Positions 36,803-45,422 of a DNA stretch of 64,000 nucleotides are shown here, one piece after another (position 1 is the stretch's first letter; each line of letters begins with the position of its first letter). Below the pieces are notes generated by a model. It saw only the letters and a list, made by a program, of their open reading frames with translations. It did not search any database and was not told the origin of the DNA. The position numbers and the translations under genes are program-made. The DNA is taken from contig VBEO01000071.1 in assembly GCA_005881825.1 (NCBI GenBank), positions 1,021-65,020 of the forward strand, in the 5' to 3' direction. The DNA is from Chloroflexota bacterium (GTDB lineage Bacteria > Chloroflexota > Dormibacteria > Dormibacterales > Dormibacteraceae).

Positions 36803-37747
36803 ATGGCTGCCACCCTCAACCGGATCGGTCTTGCCCGCGACGCCTACAAGGGCGCGGCCACCACGATGTGCGCGGGCTGCGGCCACAACTCGATCACCAA
36901 CCACCTGATCAAGGCGCTTTACGAGCTGGGTGTCGAGCCCCAGCGCCTGGCCAAGATGAGCGGCATCGGCTGCTCCTCCAAGACGCCCGCCTACTTCGTG
37001 GAGCAGGCCCACGGCTTCAACGGCGTACATGGCCGGATGCCCGCCCTCACCACCGGGGCCCAGCTGGCCGACCGGCGGCTGATCATGCTCGGCGTCTCCG
37101 GCGACGGCGACACCGTCTCGATCGGCCTGGGCCAGTTCTCGGCCACCGCCGACGTCGGCTCGGTGCAGAAGAAGGGCGCCGTGAACACCTTCCAGCCCAT
37201 CGATCCCTGCGCCGTGGCGCTGACCCTGGGCTGCTCGTTCGTCGCCCGCTCCTTCAGCGGCGACGGCAAGCAGCTGGTCCCGCTGATCAAGGCGGCCATC
37301 GCTCACCGCGGGATGGCGCTGCTGGACGTGATCTCGCCCTGCGTCACCTTCAACGACCACGACGGCTCGACCAAGAGCTACAGCTGGGTAAAGGAGCACG
37401 ACGAGGAGATCCACGACGTCTCCTTCATCCCCTTCTTCGAGGAGATCGCCGTCGACTACGCGCCGGGCACCGCGGTCTCGGTCGAGATGCACGACGGGTC
37501 GCATCTCCTGCTCAAGAAGCTGGGCGAGGAGTACGACCCCACCGATCGCATGCAGGCCATGCACCTGGTAGAGGATTCGCGGGCCAAGGGCCAGCTGCTG
37601 ACCGGGCTGCTCTACATCGACGAGTCGTCACCCGACTTTGCGACCACCGAGCACATTCCCGCCGAGCGGCCGCTGCGCGACCTCGGCGAGCAGGAGCTGC
37701 GGCTGAGCCGCGCCGACTTCGACACCTTCATGGACGAGTTCGCGTAG
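36803..37747 (+). CDS. korB: 2-oxoacid:ferredoxin oxidoreductase beta subunit, apparently missing part of the ThDP-binding motif
   Basis: CAGCGHNS, GIGCSS, GVHGRMPALTTGA, SGDGDTVSIG. The sequence then jumps to GQFSATADVGSVQKKG. Confidence 0.8.
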   Translation: MAATLNRIGLARDAYKGAATTMCAGCGHNSITNHLIKALYELGVEPQRLAKMSGIGCSSKTPAYFVEQAHGFNGVHGRMPALTTGAQLADRRLIMLGVSGDGDTVSIGLGQFSATADVGSVQKKGAVNTFQPIDPCAVALTLGCSFVARSFSGDGKQLVPLIKAAIAHRGMALLDVISPCVTFNDHDGSTKSYSWVKEHDEEIHDVSFIPFFEEIAVDYAPGTAVSVEMHDGSHLLLKKLGEEYDPTDRMQAMHLVEDSRAKGQLLTGLLYIDESSPDFATTEHIPAERPLRDLGEQELRLSRADFDTFMDEFA

Positions 37748-37758
37748 CCGGCACGCCG

Positions 37759-38382
37759 CTGAGCGAGCACGACGGCGCGGCCGAGGAGCTGGCGCGCCGC
37801 GACCCCGACCTGGCCCGGATCATCGAGATCGTCGGTCCTCTCAACATCCGGCCGCCCCAGGACACCTACTTCGCGGCCCTGTGCCGCTCGATCGTCTTCC
37901 AGCAGCTGGCGGGGCGGGCGGCGGCCGCCATCTTCGGGCGCTTTCAGAACGCGGTCGGGCCTGCGCTGACTGCGGAGGCGGTGCTGGCCACGCCCGGCGA
38001 GGCGCTGCGGGCGGCCGGCCTGTCCGCCGCCAAGACCGCGTCGCTGATCGACCTCTCGACCAAGGTCGTGGACGGCACCGTTCCGCTCGACGGCATCGAC
38101 GCCCTGTCCGACGCCGAGATCATCGACCGCCTTTCGGCAGTTCGCGGGATCGGCCGCTGGACGGCCGAGATGTTCCTGATCTTCCAGCTCCGACGCCCTG
38201 ACGTGTGGCCGGTCGACGACCTGGCCGTGCGCCGGGGCTACGCGGTCATGCACAACCTGCCCGAGTGGCCCAAGCCCAAGGAGCTGGAACGCCTGGGCGA
38301 TGTGTACCGGCCCTGGCGCTCGGTCGCGGCCTGGTACTGCTGGCGGATGACCGACATGGTGCTGCCCACCGCGGCCACGTAG
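37759..38382 (+). CDS. DNA-3-methyladenine glycosylase II family (AlkA-like, HhH-GPD)
   Basis: QQLAGRAAAAIFGRF, VRGIGRWTAEMFLIF, WPVDDLAVRRG. There is no ATG/GTG/TTG for over 45 codons upstream, so CTG 37759 is proposed. Confidence 0.75.
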   Translation: MSEHDGAAEELARRDPDLARIIEIVGPLNIRPPQDTYFAALCRSIVFQQLAGRAAAAIFGRFQNAVGPALTAEAVLATPGEALRAAGLSAAKTASLIDLSTKVVDGTVPLDGIDALSDAEIIDRLSAVRGIGRWTAEMFLIFQLRRPDVWPVDDLAVRRGYAVMHNLPEWPKPKELERLGDVYRPWRSVAAWYCWRMTDMVLPTAAT

Positions 38383-38395
38383 ATTGAGGCGGGAG

Positions 38396-39349
38396 ATGTT
38401 CTCCCGCCGAGCTGCGCTCGCGATCGTGGCCCTGGCCCTGGTCGCCTGCTCCAACCAGCCCCAGGTCAAGGTCCCGGCGGCGCTCAAGCCGACGCCCACC
38501 CCCAGCTCCCCAGCCCCTGCCATGCTGCAGATCGAGAACTCGCCCGACTCGCTGCCCCACTCTGGCCTGGCGAAGGCGGACATGGCCTTCGAATACCTGA
38601 CGGAAGGGGGGATCACCCGCTTCACCGTCGTCTACTTCAAGCCCTCGGGTGGCGACAAGACGGGGCCCGTGCGCAGCGCTCGCCTGGTCGCGCTGCGGCT
38701 GGTCCAGTCCTTTCACGGCGTGCTCTTCTACTCCGGTGCCAGCGACTTCGTGCAGGGCAAGATCTGGGACAGCAAGCTTCCCAACTACACCGAGGGCTCG
38801 GACGGCGGGAAGTACTTCACGCGCGACTCCTCGCGACGGGCTCCGCACAACCTGTTCACCACGCCCGACCAGATGGCGCAGGCGGTTGACAAGTCCGGAC
38901 AGCGCATCACCTACACGCGCCCGGCGCCCGGCGAACCCACGGCGCAGGGCACGCCCGCGAACAAGATTGACTTCGCCCAGACCATCGCCCACCACGTGAG
39001 CTACACGTACGACGCCGGCTCCAAGACCTACGCCTACGCCGGCGAGACCGATGCCGCCAACGGCAACCAGCCGCTGAAGGTCACCAACGTGGTGCTCATG
39101 CAGGTACCTCACCACGGAGCTGGCTACAAGGAGGACGTGCTGGGGGCCGAGGGCATCGACTTCGACCTGTCGGGGCAGGGCAAGGCCGAGGTTTTCACCC
39201 GCGGCCAGCGCTTCGACGCCACCTGGGACCTGAGCCAAGCCGACCAGCCTGTGCGCATCCTGGGCGCCGACGGCAAGGACTTCCCGCTGCCGCAGGGCCT
39301 GACCTGGATCCACCTGGTTGACCCAGGTCTCGCCGCCAGCGTCAGCTAG
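38396..39349 (+). CDS. DUF3048 lipoprotein
   Basis: Signal MFSRRAALAIVALALVAC with lipobox, plus IENSPDSLPHSGLAKADMAFEYLTEGGITRF and GPVRSARL. The track start is TTG 38384. Confidence 0.75.
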   Translation: MFSRRAALAIVALALVACSNQPQVKVPAALKPTPTPSSPAPAMLQIENSPDSLPHSGLAKADMAFEYLTEGGITRFTVVYFKPSGGDKTGPVRSARLVALRLVQSFHGVLFYSGASDFVQGKIWDSKLPNYTEGSDGGKYFTRDSSRRAPHNLFTTPDQMAQAVDKSGQRITYTRPAPGEPTAQGTPANKIDFAQTIAHHVSYTYDAGSKTYAYAGETDAANGNQPLKVTNVVLMQVPHHGAGYKEDVLGAEGIDFDLSGQGKAEVFTRGQRFDATWDLSQADQPVRILGADGKDFPLPQGLTWIHLVDPGLAASVS

Positions 39350-39391
39350 CCTGAAGCCCCTCTTCGGCTTGCATCTGCTAGTGTGGCCAGC

Positions 39392-39793
39392 ATGGCCCAC
39401 TATCGCATCGGCCAGGTTGCCGAGCTGCTGGCAGTCAGCCCCGACACCGCGCGCCGCTGGGTCGATTCCGGCAAGCTCGCAACCGTCCGCACCGAGGCCG
39501 GCCACCGTCTGATCGACGGCGCCGAGCTGGCGCGCTTCCTGGCCAGGCGGCCGGCGCCCCCCAGGATCCCGGTCGGCGAGCAGTCCGCCCGCAACCACTT
39601 CCCGGGGGTGGTGACGCGGGTGCTGAAAGACGGCGTGATGGCGCAGGTCGAGATCCAGGCGGGGCCGCACCGGGTGGTCTCGCTGATCAGCCGCGAGGCA
39701 GCCGAGGAGCTGGGCCTGGAGCCGGGCGTGCGCGCGATCGCCTCGGTGAAGTCGACGAACGTGATCGTGGAGCTGCCGGCATCAGGCTCCTGA
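39392..39793 (+). CDS. MerR/excisionase-type HTH plus TOBE domain regulator (molybdate-responsive type)
   Basis: YRIGQVAELLAVSPDTARRWV HTH, then a TOBE-like RNHFPGVVTRV...ASVKSTNVIVE. Sits directly upstream of modABC. An alternative start is GTG 39383. Confidence 0.75.
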   Translation: MAHYRIGQVAELLAVSPDTARRWVDSGKLATVRTEAGHRLIDGAELARFLARRPAPPRIPVGEQSARNHFPGVVTRVLKDGVMAQVEIQAGPHRVVSLISREAAEELGLEPGVRAIASVKSTNVIVELPASGS

Positions 39794-40500
39794 CGCTCGC
39801 ACCGGCCGTGCTCCTGGCGGCCTGCGGCAGCCCCTCGCCGGCAGCCACGCCGACTATCCAGGTCTTTGCTGCCGCCTCGCTGACCGACGCCTTCAAGGCC
39901 GAAGCCGCGGCCTTCCACGGCGCTCGGGTGCAGCTCAATTTCGGCGGCAGCTCGACGCTGGCGGCCCAGATCACGCAGGGCGCGCCGGCCGAAGTCTTTG
40001 CTTCCGCGGACCAGGCCAGCATGCAGAGGGTCGTCGGTGCCGGCCAGGCCGCCGCGCATGCGGTCTTCGCGACCAACCGTCTCCAGTTGGTGGTCGGTCC
40101 CGGCAACCCCAAGGGGATCCACTCGCTCGCCGACCTGGCTAGGCCCGGGCTGGTGGTCGTGCTCTGCGCGCCGGCAGTGCCCTGCGGCGCCTACGCGGCG
40201 CAGGCCCTGGGCAAGGCCGGGGTCACAGTGCACCCGGCCAGCCAGGAGCAGGACGTGAAGGCGGTTGTCACCAAGGTCGCGCTCGGCGAGGCCGATGCCG
40301 GCATCGTCTACCAGACCGACGTGCGGGCGGCCGGGCGCGCGGTCGCCGGCGTCGAGATCCCGGCCGGTGAGAACGTGATCGCCGAGTATCCGATCGCCGT
40401 GCTCAAGGGCGCCGGCCCACAAGCCGCGGCCTTCGTCGATTTCGTGCGTTCAAGCGAGGGTCAGCGCATCCTTGCGGGCTTCGGCTTCGGCCCGGCCTAG
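39790..40500 (+). CDS. modA: molybdate ABC transporter substrate-binding lipoprotein
   Basis: VFAAASLTDAF and NFGGSSTLAAQI. The proposed CTG 39790 (CTGA overlap) gives (M)TLAPAVLLAAC. The canonical GTG 39808 leaves only MLLAAC before the lipobox Cys. Confidence 0.8.
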   Translation: MTLAPAVLLAACGSPSPAATPTIQVFAAASLTDAFKAEAAAFHGARVQLNFGGSSTLAAQITQGAPAEVFASADQASMQRVVGAGQAAAHAVFATNRLQLVVGPGNPKGIHSLADLARPGLVVVLCAPAVPCGAYAAQALGKAGVTVHPASQEQDVKAVVTKVALGEADAGIVYQTDVRAAGRAVAGVEIPAGENVIAEYPIAVLKGAGPQAAAFVDFVRSSEGQRILAGFGFGPA

Positions 40501-41281
40501 GCGGGAGCGGCCGCCGCTCGGCCTCGCCCTGGCCGGTGGGCTGGGTGCTGCCCTCTTCGCGCTGCCCTTGCTCGGCCTGGCCGTCAAGGCGCCCTGGAAA
40601 GATGCGCTGCGCGAGCTGGGCTCGCCAGAGGGGCTCGAGGCTTTGCGGCTTTCGCTGGTCTGCTCGCTCTCCGCCACAGTGCTGGCGCTGCTCCTGGGCG
40701 TGCCGCTGGCCTGGGTGCAGGCGCGGGTCGAGTTCCCCGGCCGCAGCCTCCTCCGGGCGCTGACCACGCTGCCCATGGTCCTGCCGCCGGTGGTGGGCGG
40801 GGTGGCGCTGCTGCTGGCCTTCGGCCGCGAAGGCCTGCTCGGCCGCTACCTGTTCGACGCTTTCGGCATCCGGCTGCCGTTCACCACGGCCGGCGTGATC
40901 CTGGCCGAGGCCTTTGTGGCCATGCCCTTCCTGGTAATCACGGTGGAGGCCGGCCTGCGCTCGATGAACCGCCGGCTGGAGGAGGCTGCGCGCACCCTCG
41001 GCGCCGGCCGCTGGCGCGTGCTGACCCGGGTGACGCTGCCGCTGGTGGCGCCCTCCATCTTCTCGGGCGCGCTGCTCAGCTGGTCCCGGGCGCTGGGTGA
41101 GTTCGGCGCCACCATCACCTTCGCGGGGAACTTCCCGGGCCGGACGCAGACGCTGCCGCTGGCGGTTTACCTGCTCCTGGAGACGCGCCCGGAAGCGGCC
41201 GTGATGCTGAGCCTGGTCCTGGTCGCGATCTCATTGGCGGTGCTGGTCGGCCTGCGCGACCGCTACCTGGCCGCGCGGTGA
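40472..41281 (+). CDS. modB: molybdate ABC transporter permease
   Basis: EAARTLGAGRWRVLTRVTLPL (EAA loop) and GATITFAGNFPGRTQTLP. Confidence 0.9.
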   Translation: MRASASARPRRERPPLGLALAGGLGAALFALPLLGLAVKAPWKDALRELGSPEGLEALRLSLVCSLSATVLALLLGVPLAWVQARVEFPGRSLLRALTTLPMVLPPVVGGVALLLAFGREGLLGRYLFDAFGIRLPFTTAGVILAEAFVAMPFLVITVEAGLRSMNRRLEEAARTLGAGRWRVLTRVTLPLVAPSIFSGALLSWSRALGEFGATITFAGNFPGRTQTLPLAVYLLLETRPEAAVMLSLVLVAISLAVLVGLRDRYLAAR

Positions 41282-42315
41282 GCCTCGAGGTCGCGGCGCG
41301 GCTCCAGCTCGGAAGTCTCGACCTGGACGTCGAGCTGACCGCAAAGCCGAGTGAGGTGCTGGCGGTGCTCGGCCCCAACGGCGCGGGCAAGACCACGTTG
41401 CTGCGGGTGCTGGCGGGCCTTGAGCCGCTGGACGGCGGCCGGCTGGTGCTGGATGGCACCGTGCTCGACGACCCGGACCAGGGCCGGTTCCTGCCGCCCG
41501 AACGGCGGCCCGTGGGCTTTGTCTTCCAGGACTACCTGCTCTTCCCGCATCTGACGGTGCTGGAGAACGTCGAGTTCGGGTTGCGCAGCCGGGGCTTGCC
41601 GCGGACTCGCGCGCGCGAGTGGCTTACGCGCGTCGGCCTGGACGACCTCGCCCAGGCGCGTCCGGGAGCCCTCTCGGGAGGCCAGGCGCAGCGGGTGGCC
41701 CTGGCCCGGGCGCTGGCCACGGAACCCCGGCTGCTGCTGCTGGACGAGCCGCTCGCGGCGCTCGACGCCACCAGCCGCGCCCAGCTGAGGCGGGAGCTGA
41801 CGCGGCACCTGGCGACCTTCAGCGGCATCCGCCTGGTCGTCACCCACGACCCGGTCGAGGCCGCCGCCCTGGCTGATCGGGTGGTCGTCCTGGAGGCGGG
41901 CCGCGTGCTGCAGTCCGGCTCTCACCAGGACATCACCGCGCGCCCCCGCTCCCGCTACGTGGCAGATCTGGCCGGCGTCAACCTGTGGCGAGGCCAGGCC
42001 GAGGATCGCCAGGTCCGCATCGACGGGGCCACGCTGGCGGCCATCGAAGCCCACCAGGGCGAGGTCTTCGTGACCGTGCAGCCGCGGGCGGTCGCGCTCT
42101 TCAGGAACCGGCCCGACGGCACCCCCCGCAACGTTTGGCAGGGCCGTGCGATCGGCGTCGACTACCTGGGCGAGCGGGCGCGGGTGCGCCTGGAAGGCGG
42201 ATTGCCGATCGTGGCCGAGGTCTCCCGGGCCGCGGTCGACGACCTCGGCCTGGCGGCCGGCGCCGAGGTCTGGATCGCGGTCAAGGCTGCCGAGGTCGAG
42301 GTGTACCCGGCCTAG
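41278..42315 (+). CDS. modC: molybdate ABC transporter ATP-binding protein with TOBE tail
   Basis: GPNGAGKTT, LSGGQAQRVALARAL, LLLLDEP. GTGA overlap with modB. Confidence 0.9.
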   Translation: MSLEVAARLQLGSLDLDVELTAKPSEVLAVLGPNGAGKTTLLRVLAGLEPLDGGRLVLDGTVLDDPDQGRFLPPERRPVGFVFQDYLLFPHLTVLENVEFGLRSRGLPRTRAREWLTRVGLDDLAQARPGALSGGQAQRVALARALATEPRLLLLDEPLAALDATSRAQLRRELTRHLATFSGIRLVVTHDPVEAAALADRVVVLEAGRVLQSGSHQDITARPRSRYVADLAGVNLWRGQAEDRQVRIDGATLAAIEAHQGEVFVTVQPRAVALFRNRPDGTPRNVWQGRAIGVDYLGERARVRLEGGLPIVAEVSRAAVDDLGLAAGAEVWIAVKAAEVEVYPA

Positions 42316-43415
42316 TTCCAGCCGCGCGCGACGACCGGTTCCCAGCGCGGCTCGCCGGCGCCCACGAAAAGCAGCGCCGGGTGCAGGTTGGCGGACGTGC
42401 AGGCGTGGGAGGGGATGACCACTACCCGGTCGCCCACCTTGAGGTCCGCCTCGCCCAGCACCACCGCGTGCTCCTCGTTCAGGCGCTCGATGCGCAGGTC
42501 GGGATGGCCGAGCACGAAGCCCCAGCCGGCCAGCGCCTGCACGCGGGAGTCCGCTGAGATGGACTTGGTGCCGCAGTCCAGCACCCGGCGCTCCCGCTCC
42601 GGTGTGGCCACCACCGTCGCCACCACGCCCAGCGCGCAGTCCTCCAGCTGCTGTGCGCCGAGCGCGACCTGGTTGGCATCGCCGAAGACATAGGTGCCGG
42701 GCCGCATCTCGGTGATCCCGCCGGCCGCGGCCTCGGCCGCCCAGGCGGCGGTCGGCGAGGAGCCGACGCTCAGCTCGCCCACCTCGATGCCGTCGGCGCG
42801 CAGCCGCGCCGCGCTCTCGGCGAGCCCCTCCCATTCCTGACGCGCTGCCAACGCCCGCTCGACGGCGTAGGACTGGCCGGCGTGGGTGAAGAGCCCGCGC
42901 AGCCGGCCCTCGGGCAGGCCGGCGACGGCGCGGGCGGTCGCCTCGCCGGGCGCGGTGCCGACCCGGTGCAGGCCCGTGTCGACCTCCCACATCACCTCCA
43001 CTCCGGCGGGCAGGTCGCGGGCCAGCTCGGCGTCGTCCATGGCCACGGCCAAACGCAGGCCACGCCCGGCCAACTCTGCTAACCGGCGGCGCTTGGCGGC
43101 GCCCACAGGGGGATGGGCGATGAAGATGTCGCCGGCCCCGGCGTCGGCGAAGACCTCGGCCTCGTGGAGGGTGGCGGCGGTGAGCCCGACGGCGCCGTGC
43201 TCCAGCTGGCGGCGCGCGATGAAGGGACTCTTGTGGGTCTTGGCGTGGGGCCGCAGCTTCAGGCCCGAATCGCGCGCCAGGGTCGCCATCCGGGCCAGGT
43301 TGCGCTCCAGCACTGTTTCCTCGACCACCGCGACCGGGGTCGTGAGATCGGCGGTGGCGGCCAGGGCTTGCGCTGCGAAACCGGCGGATGTATCAAGCAC
43401 TGGGATGAGAACCAT
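42312..43415 (-). CDS. D-TA family PLP enzyme (alanine-racemase-fold; D-threonine aldolase / D-serine dehydratase-like)
   Basis: LRPHAKTHK (PLP lysine context), SVGSSPT, NEEHAVV. ATG 43415 lies inside track ORF 42312..43547. Confidence 0.75.
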   Translation of the reverse strand: MVLIPVLDTSAGFAAQALAATADLTTPVAVVEETVLERNLARMATLARDSGLKLRPHAKTHKSPFIARRQLEHGAVGLTAATLHEAEVFADAGAGDIFIAHPPVGAAKRRRLAELAGRGLRLAVAMDDAELARDLPAGVEVMWEVDTGLHRVGTAPGEATARAVAGLPEGRLRGLFTHAGQSYAVERALAARQEWEGLAESAARLRADGIEVGELSVGSSPTAAWAAEAAAGGITEMRPGTYVFGDANQVALGAQQLEDCALGVVATVVATPERERRVLDCGTKSISADSRVQALAGWGFVLGHPDLRIERLNEEHAVVLGEADLKVGDRVVVIPSHACTSANLHPALLFVGAGEPRWEPVVARGWN

Positions 43416-43767
43416 AGCGGCCGCACTGGCCGTGCTCGCACTGGCCGAGGGCGGGGCCTGTGGCGGCTCGGGCGGCGAACAGCCGGCGGGATCTGTGAAG
43501 GTGGTGCTGGCCGACTTCAGCTTCACGCCCAGCCAGATCCAGGCCAAGGCCGGCAGCCCCGAGTTCTACCTGGTCAACGAGGGCAAGTCCTCCCACGACA
43601 TGACGATCATGGATTCCAGCGGCAAGCAGCTCGCGCGCAGTGAGCTGGTGCAGCCGGGCAACACCTCCGTCTTCGACACCAAGCTCAGCGCCGGCACCTA
43701 CAGCGTGATCTGCAGCCAGCCCGGTCATGCCGACGCGGGCATGAAGGCGACGCTGACCGTCAGCTAG
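43405..43767 (+). CDS. cupredoxin-fold (type-1 copper) lipoprotein
   Basis: Signal MRTIAAALAVLALAEGGAC. Copper ligand pattern H(DM)...CSQPGHADAGM. Confidence 0.7.
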   Translation: MRTIAAALAVLALAEGGACGGSGGEQPAGSVKVVLADFSFTPSQIQAKAGSPEFYLVNEGKSSHDMTIMDSSGKQLARSELVQPGNTSVFDTKLSAGTYSVICSQPGHADAGMKATLTVS

Positions 43768-45422
43768 CGGATTCGGGCGGCGCCCAGGAGCCGGCTCAGA
43801 ACGGCCACCGCCGCCAATGCCGCGACCGCCCCGGCCGCCGTGTAGGCGACGCCGGCCGGCAGCGGCGCGGCCGCGATCAGCAGCAGCAGGTAGCCGGCGC
43901 CGGCTGCCGCGACCGCCGTCCCTCCCATAAGGGCCAGCCGGCGCGCCAGCAATCGTGGGTCGTTGGCCTGGGTGCCTGCCTGCTCCAGCGAAAACCAGGC
44001 CAGCTCGGTCACCAGGAGCAGCCCGGCGGCCACGGCCGGAGCACTGGCGCCCAACTCCTCGCCGCGGGCATACAGGAGGGCCACATAAGCTGCGCCGAGA
44101 GCCCCGGCCCCGAGCGCGTTGAAGGGCGCCCAGATGTGCAGGAGCCCGGCAGCCAGCGCCACCAGGCCGCCCAGGGCCAGCGCGACGACCAGCGGCCGCA
44201 GGTCGCCCGGGGCACCGTAGATGCAGTACCAGGCCAGGGCCGCCGCCAGGCCGTGTGCCGTGGTGGCGGCGGCTAGGCGTGTAGGAGCCGGGCCTGGCGC
44301 CGGAATCCCCGCACCTCCTCCAGAGCGTCGGCCAGCCCGGCGTCGCGCCGCCAGGTGGCGACCGATCACCGCCACGTCATGGCCGCGCCCGCTCAGATCC
44401 GAGAGCGCGCGCAGCGTGCGCTCATCCAGCAGCGGCGAAAAAGCGATCAGCATCGAGCCCGGCGGCAGCGTGCGCCTGGGGATCACCTCAAGGCCCTTCC
44501 AGGCGTAGCTGAGGACGATCTCGGTGTCGATCAATGAGTCGACCAGCCGGTACAGCTGCACCTCCCCCATCGCCGGCCGCAGCCAGCGCAGGGTGCCGCC
44601 GAAACCGACCAGGCCAACCCGATCGCGCTCTCGCAGGTGGCCCGCGATCAGCGCGGCGGCGCCGCGCACGGCCTGGTCCAGGGTGCCGCCGGCCGCATCA
44701 CGCACCTCCGAGAAGGCGTCCAGGAAGATCACCACGTCGGCGTTCCGCTCGAGGTGGAACTCGTTGACGTGCAGGGCATCCCGGCGTGCGGTGACCCGCC
44801 AGTTGACGCGGCGCACCAGATCGCCCGGCGTGAAGGCGCGGATGTCGGCGAACTCGATGCCCTCGCCTTTGCCCCGTGAGACCTGGTTGCCCGCAAAGGC
44901 TTGCGTGCGCGCCGGCTTGAGCAGGCGGCGCACCTCCTCGGCGCCCGGGTAGACCTTGAGCGGCCGCCGCAGGTCCAGGACCTGCTCCCAGCGGATGAGC
45001 CCGAAGCGGTCGCGCGCCACCAGCCGCAGGTGCCCGAACGAGTAGCCGCCCCAGCGCCGGCAGGCCAGCCGCAGATGGAGCTCGCGCTGCCCCCCGCGCG
45101 GAAGTCCCAGCACCAGCGTCGAGGGGTCGTCGAGCAGGACCAGGCCGCGGGGCCGGGCCACCTCCACCTCCAGGCGTTCGACGGCTTGGTCGCTGGCCAG
45201 GCTGAGCGTGGCTTCTACCTCGTCGCCCTCAATGGCGCGCTCGCGCTGCAGGCTGAGAGAGGCGCTCAGGCGGGGGGCGCGGGCGAGCGCGAGGCCGATC
45301 GCCAGCACCAGCAGGAAGGGTGCGGCCAGGACGACCGGCTCGATGCGGCCCAGGAGCAGCCCCGCGAGCAGGCCGCCGGCGCCCAGCACTAGGTAGGCCG
45401 CGGCCCGGGAAGAGACTGTCAT
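43764..45422 (-). CDS. DUF58 (MoxR-associated, vWA-like) protein with an unusual hydrophobic C-terminal extension
   Basis: IEFADIRAFTPGDLVRRVNWRVTARR...HVNEFHLERNADVVIFLD. ATGA overlap with the moxR stop. The last ~190 codons may be a separate or frameshifted gene. Confidence 0.7.
   Translation of the reverse strand: MTVSSRAAAYLVLGAGGLLAGLLLGRIEPVVLAAPFLLVLAIGLALARAPRLSASLSLQRERAIEGDEVEATLSLASDQAVERLEVEVARPRGLVLLDDPSTLVLGLPRGGQRELHLRLACRRWGGYSFGHLRLVARDRFGLIRWEQVLDLRRPLKVYPGAEEVRRLLKPARTQAFAGNQVSRGKGEGIEFADIRAFTPGDLVRRVNWRVTARRDALHVNEFHLERNADVVIFLDAFSEVRDAAGGTLDQAVRGAAALIAGHLRERDRVGLVGFGGTLRWLRPAMGEVQLYRLVDSLIDTEIVLSYAWKGLEVIPRRTLPPGSMLIAFSPLLDERTLRALSDLSGRGHDVAVIGRHLAARRRAGRRSGGGAGIPAPGPAPTRLAAATTAHGLAAALAWYCIYGAPGDLRPLVVALALGGLVALAAGLLHIWAPFNALGAGALGAAYVALLYARGEELGASAPAVAAGLLLVTELAWFSLEQAGTQANDPRLLARRLALMGGTAVAAAGAGYLLLLIAAAPLPAGVAYTAAGAVAALAAVAVLSRLLGAARIR

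Noticed and set aside
42312-42315. Convergent genes sharing CTAG, so that both TAG stops overlap.
   Set aside because: This is a trivial consequence of tight packing, not a functional element by itself.
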